This document shows positions 26,801 through 39,341 of a stretch of 64,000 bases of DNA, piece by piece. Each line of letters starts with the position of its first letter. Within the stretch, counting starts at the first letter, position 1. The stretch spans positions 33,170,001-33,234,000 of the forward strand of contig OZ004609.1 of NCBI GenBank assembly GCA_963924565.1. The letters are read 5' to 3'. The position numbers were made by a program, and so were the translations under genes. The notes below the pieces were generated by a model that searched no databases, was not told where the DNA came from, and was given only the letters and a program-made list of their open reading frames with translations. Source of the DNA: Ascidiella aspersa. Its lineage: Eukaryota.

Positions 26801-29800
26801 GTCTGATTTTCTTCGTGAAACTGTAAATATCCGAAATATTAAGATAAATATGCTATTTAAGAGAATTAAACGCAACAAGGGAAAAAAACATGCAATTTTC
26901 CATTTTCTCTTGTGAGATTGCTGTCCAACACTTGACCGCCTCTTTAAAGCGAGATGTCCAGTTGAAACATATAACTTAAATCTCTAAAGAATAATTATTC
27001 AAGCACCAAACAGCAAGGCTCCAAAAGGTGTAAATGCGAAAAACATTACGCGGCTTACTTATTTACTTGACGAGATGTAAAAGCAAACAAAAATAAAACC
27101 AACCCTCTATATCAGGAAGTTAGGCTTTTAAAGTTGACTTGCTTGGCCTGCGTCAATCCACAAAATCTAAATGTCGATTTCATTAAACGCTAATGGAAAC
27201 TACTAAAAAAGCGTGTATTGTGCTGTGAAGTAAATTATGCTGTTTATAGTTTTGGTGGGGATTAATTTTTCATATGTCAAAAAATCATGGTAAAAAAGCT
27301 TACAAAAAGGGAAAAGTTTGCATTTCCTAAAAAAAACTGTTTGGATTTGAGAGGTATGTAATCGAAAATAATAGTTAAAATGTACAGTAATGGTGTCAAG
27401 TTATCAAATATATTGGAAAGATTTTCCGAAAATTTGTTCTAGTTCAACTGGAGTAGACCCCGTCATGCCCCGTCGCGCTGCCACATTTTCGCCTGAATCC
27501 GCACCACTTAGTATAACTATAGCTTCTCCATCCCAGCTTTAGGCCTAAATCATAAAATGAAGCACCAAAATGCTGGACACATTTATCGATCTTTAAACTA
27601 CCAGGACTTCTCTACGTGCTTTTGGAGAAGGGCAACGACAACTCGCATCGCTTCCGGACTTCAGAGATGTGGATCCCTCCCCCACTGCCCGGATACGAAC
27701 CCGCCTTACCGCATAACGCCGACGGAAGCCCGAACGACCACCCCATGTTAAAGTAAGAGGGACTTTGATAATAAATTGAAATTTGCGGAAGCTGTGCGAA
27801 GACGTGGATCATATATTATTTAAATTCATACTTAGGTTGTTTCGTGTTTTGTTCGCTTATGATTTTGGTTGGCGCAAAAAAAAATGTTGGGAAACATTGG
27901 TGACTGGAATATTGGATACAAATCAAGCAGGATTTTCACAGCTTGGTCTGTCTCAGGCAAAGAATGGGTCTAATTCTACTTATAGTATTATTTACTTCGT
28001 GTCTTGCCGAAACGTAAATTGATAGCAATGGTATGATTGTAAGTTTTGACCAACTCTGTTTAAAGGTTATTTGGAGTATCCCGTATATTTTTCGATATAA
28101 CGATTGATGGTTTTGGATAAAACTCTAGCTGTTATCATTATTTACTTTATACTCTCAAGTTTAGAGCTAAGGCATAGACTCTCTAACCATTTTGCGTAAC
28201 TATAATGATTGGCCCCCCAAAATACAATTTAATCGGGACTAAGTTCATAGTTAAGATATTTCAATTTTTGACTATACGTTCGATAGACTTCGTGATTGAA
28301 TGTGCCTTTAACTAAGTTTTCGCTGATGGTGCATTCGAGAATAAGTGGAATTGAATGGCTTTGAGCATTACAAGTATTTTGTTTTCCAAAAATGATTAAA
28401 AATTGTTTCCCAAAAATTATTAAAAAAAAAATTACGTATTTGCAATTTCCGGGCAAGTATTTTTCAACAAAACATCCAACGCCCCAGAAATCCTCAACAA
28501 CAACGCGGTAGCAAAGCATAACCGCCATATTTCACTCATCACAGACAGACGACATTCAAAGGCCTGGACAGGCTCGAATACAAGGCGACCAACGGCTTCA
28601 CGAGCCACCCGTGGACCGTGGACAAAGACCAGGAGGCTCTCACCGAGGCGGTGGGGAAAAACCCTTGGTCATTACGTCAGCACCGGAGGGAAATAAACCG
28701 GACGCTCAAGGGCGACATCTTGCGGAAAGAGGTGGACCTCCAGAGGCTCTGGGACGCCACCGCTGGTAGCGTGTACGGTCAGAAGGAGCGCAACGAGTTC
28801 GTGACGATGTTCGAGAAGATTCGAAAAAAGGGCAACTTCATTAAAGGTGAGTGTTTGCCGAAGTTTGTTTGTTTACTACGGAAATGTTGCTCCTTTAAAG
28901 CGTTGTGTGATTTGTGCGCAGTGTTGTAATTACTTGACTTAAGTCACTGCTTTCAAATGACTTGCCTTAGGTATTTGGGCAAAATGACTTGACTTCAGTC
29001 TTTCGGACAAATGACATCACTTAACTTAGGTTTGGACAAATGATTATGGTTGAAATGAAGTTTTTTTTATTTTTTTTATATAAAATTAAGCTCCAAATGT
29101 TTGCACATAAAACATTTGCTTACTATATGTTGCGTTTTTCGTATTTTTTGTTCAGTTAATGCTCATGATCGTTCAAGTTTAAAAATTCTAATAGTTTAAC
29201 ATTTAATTTTTATGACAAGGACAAGACTTGGTCTGACTTGCTCTTGATATAACTTGAATGTAAAAATGCGTAATTTATACAGAAATATACAATGTGTGCA
29301 GGCTACAACTATGATCTTAGCCTTTCATGTCGTACCACGCAAAGGACAATAATATAATTAGGTTAATCTAACCTGAGCTGAGATTTAAACTCACGACCTC
29401 AATCATACTGGGTGTAAAGTTCGACCAACTGAGCCAAGTTACCTCACTGAAAACTGGTCGCGAAACCACCGCATAAGCATAAGTCTGTTGCATCTCTCTC
29501 GTACGCAACTTTTTTAAAAGAAAAAACACATCAGCTGGTTTATTGTAAAAAACGTTTAAATCTAAGAGGGGGTGCCACAGAAAACACACGGTAAAAAATC
29601 GACTCTTGGTTTATCTTCGGCTGTGTGATGCAATCGTTATAGCCGCTAAATCGTTTTAAAAGTAGTTCTGTAAAAATGCAGCCTATCTCCTTCTGGAAGA
29701 CGTCACGTCCCATTATCGCCTTCCCTGCGTCCTGGACCTCAAGATCGGGACACAAATGGGGAGGGACGGTTGCTCGCAAGCGAAGAAGGACAAGCACTTC

Positions 29801-31030
29801 AACCTGGTTCAAAGAAGCAGCACTGGCAGCCTGGGGATAAGACTGGCAGGGATGCAGGTTTGGGAGAAGAGCTAGTTTTTTCAACAAAATGCCTTACTAA
29901 GCTACATCGGAAACCATCGCTGAATAACCGAATCTGCCGATCAATGATACAAGCAAGATAGGCTAGAAAAACAACTAGCCTGAGGTGTGGTTCGAACTCG
30001 TGCACGAAATCCGGTTATACGGGGATCGTCGCTCTGCCAACTAAGCTACACGGTATCACAGGGGAACCCGTCGATAACTAAACATGACGCAAATGCCCCG
30101 TATTTCTCTAGTACAAGTAACTTCACATTGAAGGGAATTTATATCATTCAATGACGGATAAACAAACAAACATACGTGTTAATAACTGTGACATAGCCCT
30201 TCGGAAGTCGCCTTTTGACCAACAGTAATGGATTACGTATCATAGCACCTTACTATCGATTTGTCATTATTTGAGTCTGATATTTTACGCAGGAGTTTAA
30301 AGGGTTTAATTAGGCGCTTGCAAAACGTTTTTCACCAATTTCTTTGAATTATATGCTACCAAGATGCCCAAACATTTATAAAGAATATTTGACGTCTGCT
30401 TTACTGCTGTTAGTATTTAGCAGGACACTTTTGTGGCGTCACAGTAGTTTTTATTGACACAAACATATAATAAAATATTCACAGATTCTTTCTGCTAATG
30501 TTAAGATAATTTTTAAGAATGCTCCATTTGACTGTTTAATATTATAACTTTCAAAGGTATATCAAGTAACAACCGGAGAATTTCTCTGCCGAGACAAGTA
30601 CTACGGCCGCGGTCTTTCAACCGACGGTTTCAAGGCGGCCTTGCGACAATTCTTCACCAACGGACAGCGCCTACTAACGGACATAATTCCGCCCATCCTC
30701 GACCGCTTGGTGGAGCTGCGGGGCGTCGTTGAGGCCCAGGAGAGCTTTCGCTTCTACGCCAGCTCGGTGCTGCTGTCGTACGATGGCGCCACAGAGTCGG
30801 AAGAACTTCCCGTGGGAACCGGAAGAAGGAACTCGGCGTCGCAGAACAACTCGTTGGACAAGAATGTGGAAGCCAGAAGTCAAACCGGCGTTCATATGAT
30901 CGACTTTGCTCACAGCACTTTCAGGGGGTTCTTAGACGATAAACAGGTCTACCAAGGGCCAGACGGCGACTGTCTGTTGGCGCTTAATAGCCTCATTGCC
31001 TTACTACAAGAGATTCAAACTGACGGTTGA
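23886..31030 (+). CDS. IP6K: Inositol hexakisphosphate kinase (IP6K family), 426 aa; exons 23886-23939, 25590-25716, 27605-27752, 28545-28846, 29682-29857, 30557-31030
   Basis: Phase-consistent exons (0,1,2,1,0) total 1281 nt. Motifs: LDPYVHQVSGR, TLCK..REWNFY, NPWSL, YLLLEDVT, PCVLDLKIG (PxxxDxKxG), LGIRLAGMQVY, DKYYGRGLS, FYASSVLL, MIDFAH. Confidence 0.93.
28919..29260 (-). mobile_element. Partial copy of the 7835-8233 MITE family, inverted
   Basis: Begins CAGTGTTGTAA with many GACTTG units; reverse-complement similarity to 7990-8233. Right end not defined. Confidence 0.6.
29368..29448 (-). mobile_element. Degenerate tRNA-derived SINE head
   Basis: Minus strand TGGCTCAGTTGG (A box), GAGTTTAAATC (B-box-like), then CTCAGGTTAG; similar to 29965-30060. 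Confidence 0.45.
29965..30060 (-). mobile_element. tRNA-derived SINE head / tRNA pseudogene
   Basis: Minus strand GTAGCTTAGTTGGCAGAGCG (A box), GAGTTCGAACC (B box), CTCAGGCTAG, then a T run. No proper acceptor stem. Confidence 0.55.
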
Positions 31031-31971
31031 CAACAAACACCGGGTGCTTATGTTTTTTAGAATCCTTTTTAGGCAAATTTACCCTGTTGGTAAACTTTGC
31101 AAATGGTTCAGAAGCAGTTTCAACCAAAAAACAATGTGAGGTTAATTAATGCACTTTACAAAAAACTGTTCTCGTTTACTATAGAGTTCATATTTCTATT
31201 TTTTATTTTAATATTGAAAGGTACTATCGAGAGATTTATCGACGTTGCTTTGAATAGTACAAACTAAAATGGGACAGTAGAAGCTGTAGTTTAAAACCTT
31301 AATGCAAGTAATCTGCCATATTTTATGATCATCGTTGCCAATTTGTTAGATTTTAACCCTCTTCGTATAGTACATATTTTTGTTTGTGGGACGCAAAGAC
31401 GAATACTAAAGCCGTTATTAAAATTCCAGGTTTCTACATTTTTTTGAATCGAAGTACTGTAACCATTTACTTCATTCATATATGGCGAAATGTTGTACCC
31501 GGTTAGCCAAATTGAAAAACCTAAAATTAATGTTTTAACTCTTTATCGGTAATTCTTCACCATACATATTATGGTCGCTTTGTCGCGCTTACTTATAGTT
31601 TATATTTTTGCTTTTCGTATTCTTTTCGCTATAATTGGCGACTTTAGGTCGTATTTTTGTTTAATTCTGACGCACATGCGTATATAACTTCGAGTTCCTT
31701 TGCGACTGTGACAATAGTTTCAAGCGCTTGCAGTAATTTGCGCCGATGAGCTGTTTTATGCAAACCTACAGGTCAATGCACTTAAATAAAATCGTCAACA
31801 ATCCTCCGTGGTGTTCAGAAATAAGCAGAAGATAAAGTCAGAGCACAAACGCAGTTTAGTAGAAGTCCTACCACTGTATACAGTATATAAGATTAAGAGA
31901 TGCCAGCATTTTTCAACCAATATGGGACGCGATTGATTTGGTTGGGCCGCCGACAGCAGTATAGTTTACGC

Positions 31972-32492
31972 CATGGATGTCCAACCCGCGGCACGCCTGA
32001 TACTAACGTGCGGCCCACCTCTTATTTTCACTTTCAATATCCTTTATTAAAAACAGTTGTTGCAACTATCATCAAAAACGTGTAGAACGCGCAGTACTTG
32101 ATGAAGGCATAATCTCATATTTTTTCTGAGACTATAGGCCTAATGGAGTCTAATGCCGCAATATAACGGCCATCGAACGCTAATGTAGCCATGTGTGTGT
32201 TTTTGCGGCCCGTTTCAAGGAAATATATCAGCCTAAATGTGTCGTACCATGGCATAATGCGGCATGTAAACTCAATTTGTCGCGCTTCGCGCGATAAGGC
32301 TGACATTCACTTGCATATTTGCGCACGAGTTCACTCTCGAAGAGCGAATGTTTGTAAATTAAGTTCTTTTATGAAGTGACGAAATGACGTAACTTATGAC
32401 GTCACCCCTTTCATTTAATGGGTTTTGCGGCCCATCGAAATTTTTAAAGTGTCAATTTGCGACCCATACTGTTAAAAGGTTGGACATCCCTG
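31972..32492. mobile_element. hAT-type MITE inserted into an older MITE
   Basis: CATGGATGTCCAACC / GGTTGGACATCCCTG; perfect TSD GTTTACGC (31964-31971, 32493-32500); joined flanks resemble 51099-51422. Confidence 0.82.
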
Positions 32493-33191
32493 GTTTACGC
32501 GGTCAGATTTATTGAGATCGGGTTTAGACCAGAGCAAGATTTCTTGAAAAATTAAGAAAAGTGTCAAGAAAAAAGAAGATATGGTGTATATTATTTAAAT
32601 TCGAATTTATTTATACCGGTGGTTTTAAGTTCTAATGACTTATAAAAAAAATAAATATATAATTGAGTCGCCGAAAGTTTTGTTTTTGTATTTAGGCTTA
32701 GCATTCGTCTATCGTCTTTTGACAAATATTGGTTTAGGCTGAGTCTAATTAAGTAAACAACATATTTGTTAAATTTGCTCAGATAGAAGTTTATTTTAAC
32801 ATCTGGAATGCACCTTGGTCGTTGGTATGACCAGATAAAACTCATTAAAAAACAATTAAAAATTCAACATTAGGCAGTTTAAGTAATACTGATGGTTAAA
32901 ATCGAATTTCACAAAAATTGCAATTCTTGCATAGAACAACAAAAAAACTTTTGGCAACCTAACAAAATATGACAGTTAAGAGTAACTTCAAATAGTAATG
33001 TAAAGACAATATTACGATTTCAATCATCATATAGATATAAAACGATTTGCAAAACAAGTTAATAATACACCATTAAAAAATAATAATAAAATTAGTTGCT
33101 CTTTTACGCAGAGGGAAATTTAATTTATGTGAACCTCTTTGATCGTTGTTAGAAAAACATCAAATTTCAAGATCATTGCTATCAGTTAATA

Positions 33192-33491
33192 CAGTGTTTC
33201 GTAACCATTTTTTGGTTGTGGCACCCTGCAGAAATTATAAATAGTTCGTGGCACCCTTGCTCGTATTTTTGCTGAGTGGTTAATTGTGACGTTACAATAA
33301 ACGAGATGGAAACAGCACATTAACTATGCAACAAGGTTGAAAAAAATTTTTTAATGTTTTGCCCTTTTATGGTACACAAAAAATAGTATCAAGAAGCTTA
33401 CCAATAATTGGAATCCTAAAGAATTTGAAATAACACTCAGAACCCTTGAATGTTAAAAAATATGCCGCAGCACTCCGGTTGAGAACCGCTG
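33192..33491. mobile_element. hAT-type MITE
   Basis: CAGTGTTTCGTAACC / GGTTGAGAACCGCTG; TSD AGTTAATA vs AGTTAATG. Confidence 0.72.
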
Positions 33492-33600
33492 AGTTAATGG
33501 AATCATTATAAATTCTTAGTTACCGCAAAAAATAAACAGAAAAAAAAATTATCGGCAGAAAATTAAATTATGGGCTCGGCAGCATTTTGCTTGTAATTTG

Positions 33601-36600
33601 CTAATTTTCTGCCATCCGTCTTGCAACTTCCTTTTTAATGCTTTCTATGTAGCTGGCCTGTTGGGATGGAAGTGCAGACTCGACCACATACCGAGGAAGC
33701 ATTCCACCGATATCAGTGTTCACATAAAACTCCAGAAAGCTCTTATTGCTTGGATCACTAAATAAAAAACACAGATATTATATCAACAAAATTTGCTGTT
33801 TTTTGGAATGCTAATATAGTATGTTAGACGGCTAACAAAATCTTTTTTAAAGACAAACAGAGCGAATTTTATGTTTAACATGATAAATAGGTTCAACATT
33901 ATCCTGGTTTGTGTGTATACACCTGGTATGCATAGCAAATTTGCACACTTTTATAAAGTACATCTAATTATTATTATCTATATCATATATTTATAAAACA
34001 TTTCATACACTTAAATAAACTCTAGCTCGGTACCTCTGTTTTTTAAGATAAAAAAGTGGATCTTAAAATACGACTTTCTCGCGATCGTCTTACTTAAAGG
34101 ATGCTAATAGTGAGAAAAAAGTAGTAAATTTAGTCCGGCGTACTGACCGGTAATATAAACAATTGACCAGGGCAGTGGTCCTTAAACTTATTTTACGGGG
34201 ACCTCAAAAAATTGTTTTGGGGTCGGTGTAGGATTTTTAGAGATCACGTCATAAAACAAGTACAATCAAGAAACCGGTTGTTTTCAGGCCAACAAACAGT
34301 GGAACTGAAATCGAGTCTAAATACATTTCAAAAGATTTTCATTTTATAAAAGTACGCCGAGGCTTCAAATTTTTCAAAGGCCTGTACGGAGCCCCTAAAA
34401 CTAGTCCAGGGAGCCTCCAAGTTAAGAACCCCTGTATTTGGGTCTTCCACTTCATAAACAGCCTTATTCTTGAACGCACAACACGAGAAAGCTTTACTTT
34501 GTGTCGCACCACAACGCAATGGGTTTCACGGGTTATTTGTGGCAGCGTTAAACCGAGCTTTATTGGAAAGATAGATTAGCACTGTGATACATGTGGGTTC
34601 CGATAAGGTTTTGCGTTGTTCTTTTGCGCTTATCACACACTCGCAATTCGGGAGAAAGGCTGATTAGGAATGCGATACGAAGTGACCTCAATAACGCCCC
34701 AATAGGCAAAATGCTATGTTTTGATTCTGAGTTTAACTTTGCATAACATACAGGTTCTGTTAAGACTTTGCTTTAATAGCATTTTTTATGTTAACTCCTA
34801 TATCAGAACATGAGTAAATTTTTTGAGCCTATATTCTTTAAATATACGCAAAAATTTGGTAAATATCGCAAAAACGCTAGTTTATTTAATCCATAGTGGT
34901 TCAGTGTTTGCAGCAGATTGGTGATAATTAAAATTAAAAAAAAACGTATGTAGCTCAAAAAATGCTTCTTTAAAGATAATATTAATTTTCTGAAAGATAT
35001 TTAGTCTTAAAATCAACAACTACTCACAGCATGCCCACAGTAACATTTTTATACTCTAGTCTAGACTGTGTTAAAGAAAGTTGTGCATTGCAACTAGACT
35101 GTGTTAAGAAAGTTGTGCATTACAGCCATTTGCTTAAAAAATAGACCATGTAAAAACGCAAATATCTTAAATAGCTGAGGCAATGGCAGAACGATATGTA
35201 ACACTTCAATACCTATTTTATTCAAAACGCTTTAAAAAAAGATGAATATTCTGGGGTTTGCTAGGGGAGAAATTTAGCATTTTTAAAGTGTCATAAACAC
35301 AAGTTGGAAGCACCAGCATAGATTGCATTCATACAATTCAGCAGGTTACAGAAACACTATATTTCACCTTAGGTCCTCTGCAACCATGAAGCCAGCCGGA
35401 TAGTTTGTTGCCCTCACAAAATCTTTAGACACTTTTCTCTTATGGTGCTCTACACTTTGAGCTGCAAAAAAGCAAAAACAACTTTAGGCTGTGATTACTT
35501 CCACCAATAGTGGTACAAATAGAAACTGGCCAGTATCCTTGTTTGAACAATTCTAATAATATCCTGATTTAAACACTTGTGCTTCAGTAAATCTAAAACA
35601 ATATAAAATATGTACTCACCAAAAATCCAGGACATTTTTCCATAATCTAAAACAAAAAACATTGGATAGACTTGCTATATTTGTAAAAGTACCACTTTAT
35701 CACTAACTTACTGCGATCTGATAAATCTTCAGGAAAAGTTACAAAGGAATAAAGATCAACAAATTCACGAGGAGAAATCATTCCACGAAATGCTGGATGG
35801 GTCAAAATCAATCCGATAGCCAAATTCTAAATAAGAATGCTAAACTTATTAAAAAATAAATACCACTCAGTTAATAGATGATTTGGCTATTAGAGATGCT
35901 AAAATTGTTGTAACAGTTCTATTACAATACTGCAGTTGTGTAGTAATCAATACATTCAAATCAAACTGACAATAAATTCCAGTCATGTTTTGTCAACCAA
36001 TCCAGCATTTTCTGGTGTTATAAAAATTTCTTAAACAGATAGAAAGCAAACCTTCGAAAAAACTTTGGTTGAATATAAATAGAAAACATTACCTTTGCCT
36101 GTTTTTCTGTTATGAGTTATGTTAAACTTACTATACTAACAATGTTATTTGGTATCCGAACAACTCTGTGCCTTATTGCCTGAATTACGGGCATCAGAAT
36201 CATAATTATTAAGTCACATGTGACTAGTTATTAATTGTTTAATAACACAATAGTTCCTTCTACTAAACAAATGAGTTTACCACAAGATCCCAAGCCCATT
36301 TGTTCCCATTTGTTTATTTAGAATTTAAATTAACTTAAACTTTTTACATGTCTTAGTACCTCATTTATTGTCTCAAGGCGTTCATAATGGTTAATGCTTT
36401 TATCCCAAGAAAGTCTCTCAGCTGTGGCCATCGGTGGTTTCATTACAGTGTAGACTACATTCTGTGGTGCACAAACCATGGTAACAAATTTGTATCTGAA
36501 ATAAAAAACAGAAGTTGAAGCTAATAATAGGTAACACAAATTAAAATTAGCAAATAAATTGACAAGCAATTAAAAAAAGACCCATATGTTAAATACAAGG

Positions 36601-38052
36601 CCCATATTTTTTACCTGATGATAAATTATGCCTATCATTAATGACAATTGTTTACCTTGACCTATAGCTGAAAGTTGTAAATCCTTGACTTCTGATAAGA
36701 TTCTGCACAAAAACTATCTTGACTTCTCCCTTTTTCTTTCAGCATATATGTGTTAAAATACTATTATAGGACTTGTACTAGGCTAGTCTTGCAATTATTA
36801 CACTTATAAAAACTGTAACGTATACACACACACAATCACACATTATTATATAAATATGTATTCACGCCTTTAGCGTTGCAGGTTTCTACAGGACAGCTGC
36901 CTACACATTCCTTGCTATACACTTGACTCGAAGGATCAAGGCACTAAAATACCTGTCCTTAACTTCTTGAACTCTAGACAGAGTCACTTCACTCAGTTGA
37001 TATTGCTCTCTAAGTATATTCACAAATCTTAGGATACACGATAACCTAACACAGTGATTCAATCCATTAGTATAAAGCTGTATCCTATCGAACAGCATAG
37101 GGTAGAAAGAAACGCCAATCCACTCTCTTGGGCATTGTCACACATCAGCAGACACTATTCACATATACAGTAATGTAATGTTGAGCAAAGCAGTTGTGTA
37201 AGACAGGAAAAACTATTTCCAATCTGCAATGCCTTTCCCCTAAACAATATTTTTAAACAGGTGTTTGGTTAGTATTCATCCTAATTCATTGAAGTAACTA
37301 GAGACTCTAAGTAATTACATAAATCACCTCTCTAAGAGACTAACCAAAAAACTAATTGAATGTAAAAAAACATAATTAATAAACAGTTTTGCCTAAAATG
37401 CATCTTTAAATCAGCAAAAGGTATCCAAAATAAACTGTAACTAAAATCTAAATGTTTTATTCTTTGGTCGCAACACAGTTTAAGAACCACTAAAATATGC
37501 TAAAATCTGACTCAAAATTTATTTTATCAATTAGCTGTTGCTATCAATTTGAACTGTTAACACAGTATGGTTAAAATTTGCATTTTTACTAATAGGGTAA
37601 ACAAGCCATATTCATGTTTTACAACAATTAAAACTAAATACCAGAGGTATTTATCAAATTTTGTAAAAAAAGTTACATTTTTTCAAATATCTCTAAAGAA
37701 ATTTCTATGATAACATATTAAATTTGGTTACTTACGCTGATCCTTTGAAGTCTGGAGAAGGTTTAGAATAAACTGCAATGTCACCCTTCAACAAAAATGG
37801 TTTAAGATTTACTTGAAATTTATACATTTTTATATGATACTTTTTAAGGGTTCTTTACACATTATAACCGACTATTTCAGGTTGGGTAAGGGTGAAAAAA
37901 GAATATCATAATACAAAATTGCTTGCTTACATTTCACTTATAATTTTAGATACAAATCTTACCACTTTCTTTAGAAATTTCCAGCTATCATCATTTCCTC
38001 TTAAGGACAATGCTTTATTCTCAAGCCTTTTGCTAATTTCAACATAATCCAT
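33601..38052 (-). CDS. STARD5: StAR-related lipid transfer protein (STARD4/5/6 subfamily), 222 aa; exons 38052-37963, 37785-37736, 36495-36360, 35826-35712, 35646-35620, 35461-35368, 33757-33601
   Basis: Phase-consistent exons total 669 nt. START motifs: W..LK, VYSKPSPDFKG..Y, RLSWDKSI, ISPREFVD, SVEH....FVRATNYP.G, TDIGGMLP..VVES.LP. Paralogue assignment within STARD4/5/6 is uncertain. Confidence 0.88.
34173..34434. mobile_element. hAT-type MITE, older copy
   Basis: CAGTGGTCCTTAAACTT / AAGTTAAGAACCCCTG termini, similar to 50640-50972; TSD not preserved. Confidence 0.55.
35061..35121. repeat. Tandem duplication, about 32 bp x2
   Basis: CTAGACTGTGTTAA(A)GAAAGTTGTGCATT twice. Confidence 0.8.
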
Positions 38053-38242
38053 TGTTGACCAAAATTAAAACTAAGATCATAAACTTTGAAATATATTAAA
38101 ACTATCAGTAAAAGCGAGTGCTAGGAAAAACAGCAAATCAATTTTTAATGCAGAAATTTTGCACAAAAAGTATCAGTTTTCAGGTTTAACTAGCAAACAG
38201 GAAATATTTTTTAATTCATTAAATGACAGCAAAACACAAATT

Positions 38243-38626
38243 TCAAAATAATGACGTTGGCGTGTCAATTTTGCTTAACGCCTTGTGAATACAAAAGGAG
38301 TTAAAGTGGTACATGACTTCGTCAGTGTTCAGGTTTGAACAATGCAAGCAAAGTTTCTCATTATCAAAGAATTCAACCAGGACAGTTGCCTCAGCGTCGT
38401 CGTTGGCAACGTCCACGGTGATCGGACAGAGTCTGTTGGATTTCCTGGTTTTCTCGCTGGCAACTTTTTGCCAGAAGTTTTGCGCGGACCTCGATTGATG
38501 CTTCCAAGGACTGAACTTAATATGAATCGAAGAAACGTTTGTGAGGTTAGGCCTTCTCCTGGCGTAACGCAAAAGGTTCCCAACCACCATCTTGGCAAAC
38601 TTCGGGGGAACCGAGCCAGCTGACAT
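38243..38626 (-). CDS. MRPL53: Mitochondrial ribosomal protein mL53, 127 aa, single coding exon
   Basis: V..I.IKFSPW....RSAQNFWQKVASEKTRKSNRLC.I.VDV..D..E..V.V.F.D...L....NL...EV matches mL53 (V.FCPF....ESTR.FL..VSSEKVR.TN..C.V..DV..D..EP.V.V.F.DG..L....HLT..EM). Confidence 0.88.
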   Translation of the reverse strand: MSAGSVPPKFAKMVVGNLLRYARRRPNLTNVSSIHIKFSPWKHQSRSAQNFWQKVASEKTRKSNRLCPITVDVANDDAEATVLVEFFDNEKLCLHCSNLNTDEVMYHFNSFCIHKALSKIDTPTSLF

Positions 38627-38959
38627 GATGAGACAGGTAGAAACAAGCAGTGTGGAAAGTTATGTATTATGTACAAACTCTATACTCAAAGCTGTGCATG
38701 AATAATATTAAAACAATATAACTCTACTTGTGATTTGCCAGAGTAAATAATACAATAAGGGACAAATATGAGGTTTAGGTGTTCTGCCGAATTTCATTGT
38801 TTTGAACGAACATTTTTACCCTATCTTTTAATACCTTTTTTATAGTAAGTATAATCCTATGTGAGTCACTTTGTGCATGCTTAAAGGCTGAATATGACTG
38901 AATAGTAATGTTCATGGGGCTGGTCTAGAATCCTACTACAGTGTTGAAACAATTATTAT

Positions 38960-39090
38960 AGCACAATATTTGGGTTAGTGTTTGGCTGAGTCAACGGTCA
39001 AGTATTATTATATTTATTATTTAATAAAAATGCTTGACCCACCAAAATCCAAACGTTAACCAGCACTTTAACCCAAATAACCATGTGTAA
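38960..39090. repeat. Degenerate hairpin core of the GGGTTAG-containing MITE family
   Basis: GCACAATATTTGGGTTAGTGTTTGG...TCAAGTATTATT...AATGCTTGACCCACC...CAAACGTTAACC; similar to 1740-1860. Confidence 0.65.
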
Positions 39091-39341
39091 TAATATTTGT
39101 TGATGTATGTATGATTGCTTGCTAAATTAGATTGCTTTTAATTATGTCTAAATGGAATTATTTACACTGTGGAATTTTGGACTGTGTGCTTCCCTTTGGT
39201 CTTTGGCGTTTACTTAATAATTTTGATTTATGGTATTATTTTAAAGAGTTTGCTAAATTATATATTAGATGTTTTTTGTTGTGTACTTCAAAATACACCG
39301 GGTTTCAATGCAATATTATCGGACGTCTCCTACAACAGTCG

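Noticed and set aside
29965-30060. Functional tRNA gene
   Set aside because: A and B boxes are present, but the acceptor and anticodon stems cannot be paired convincingly.
36880-37240. More balanced-composition block in STARD intron 2 as a nested gene or snoRNA
   Set aside because: No meaningful translation in the frames examined and no clear C/D or H/ACA layout.
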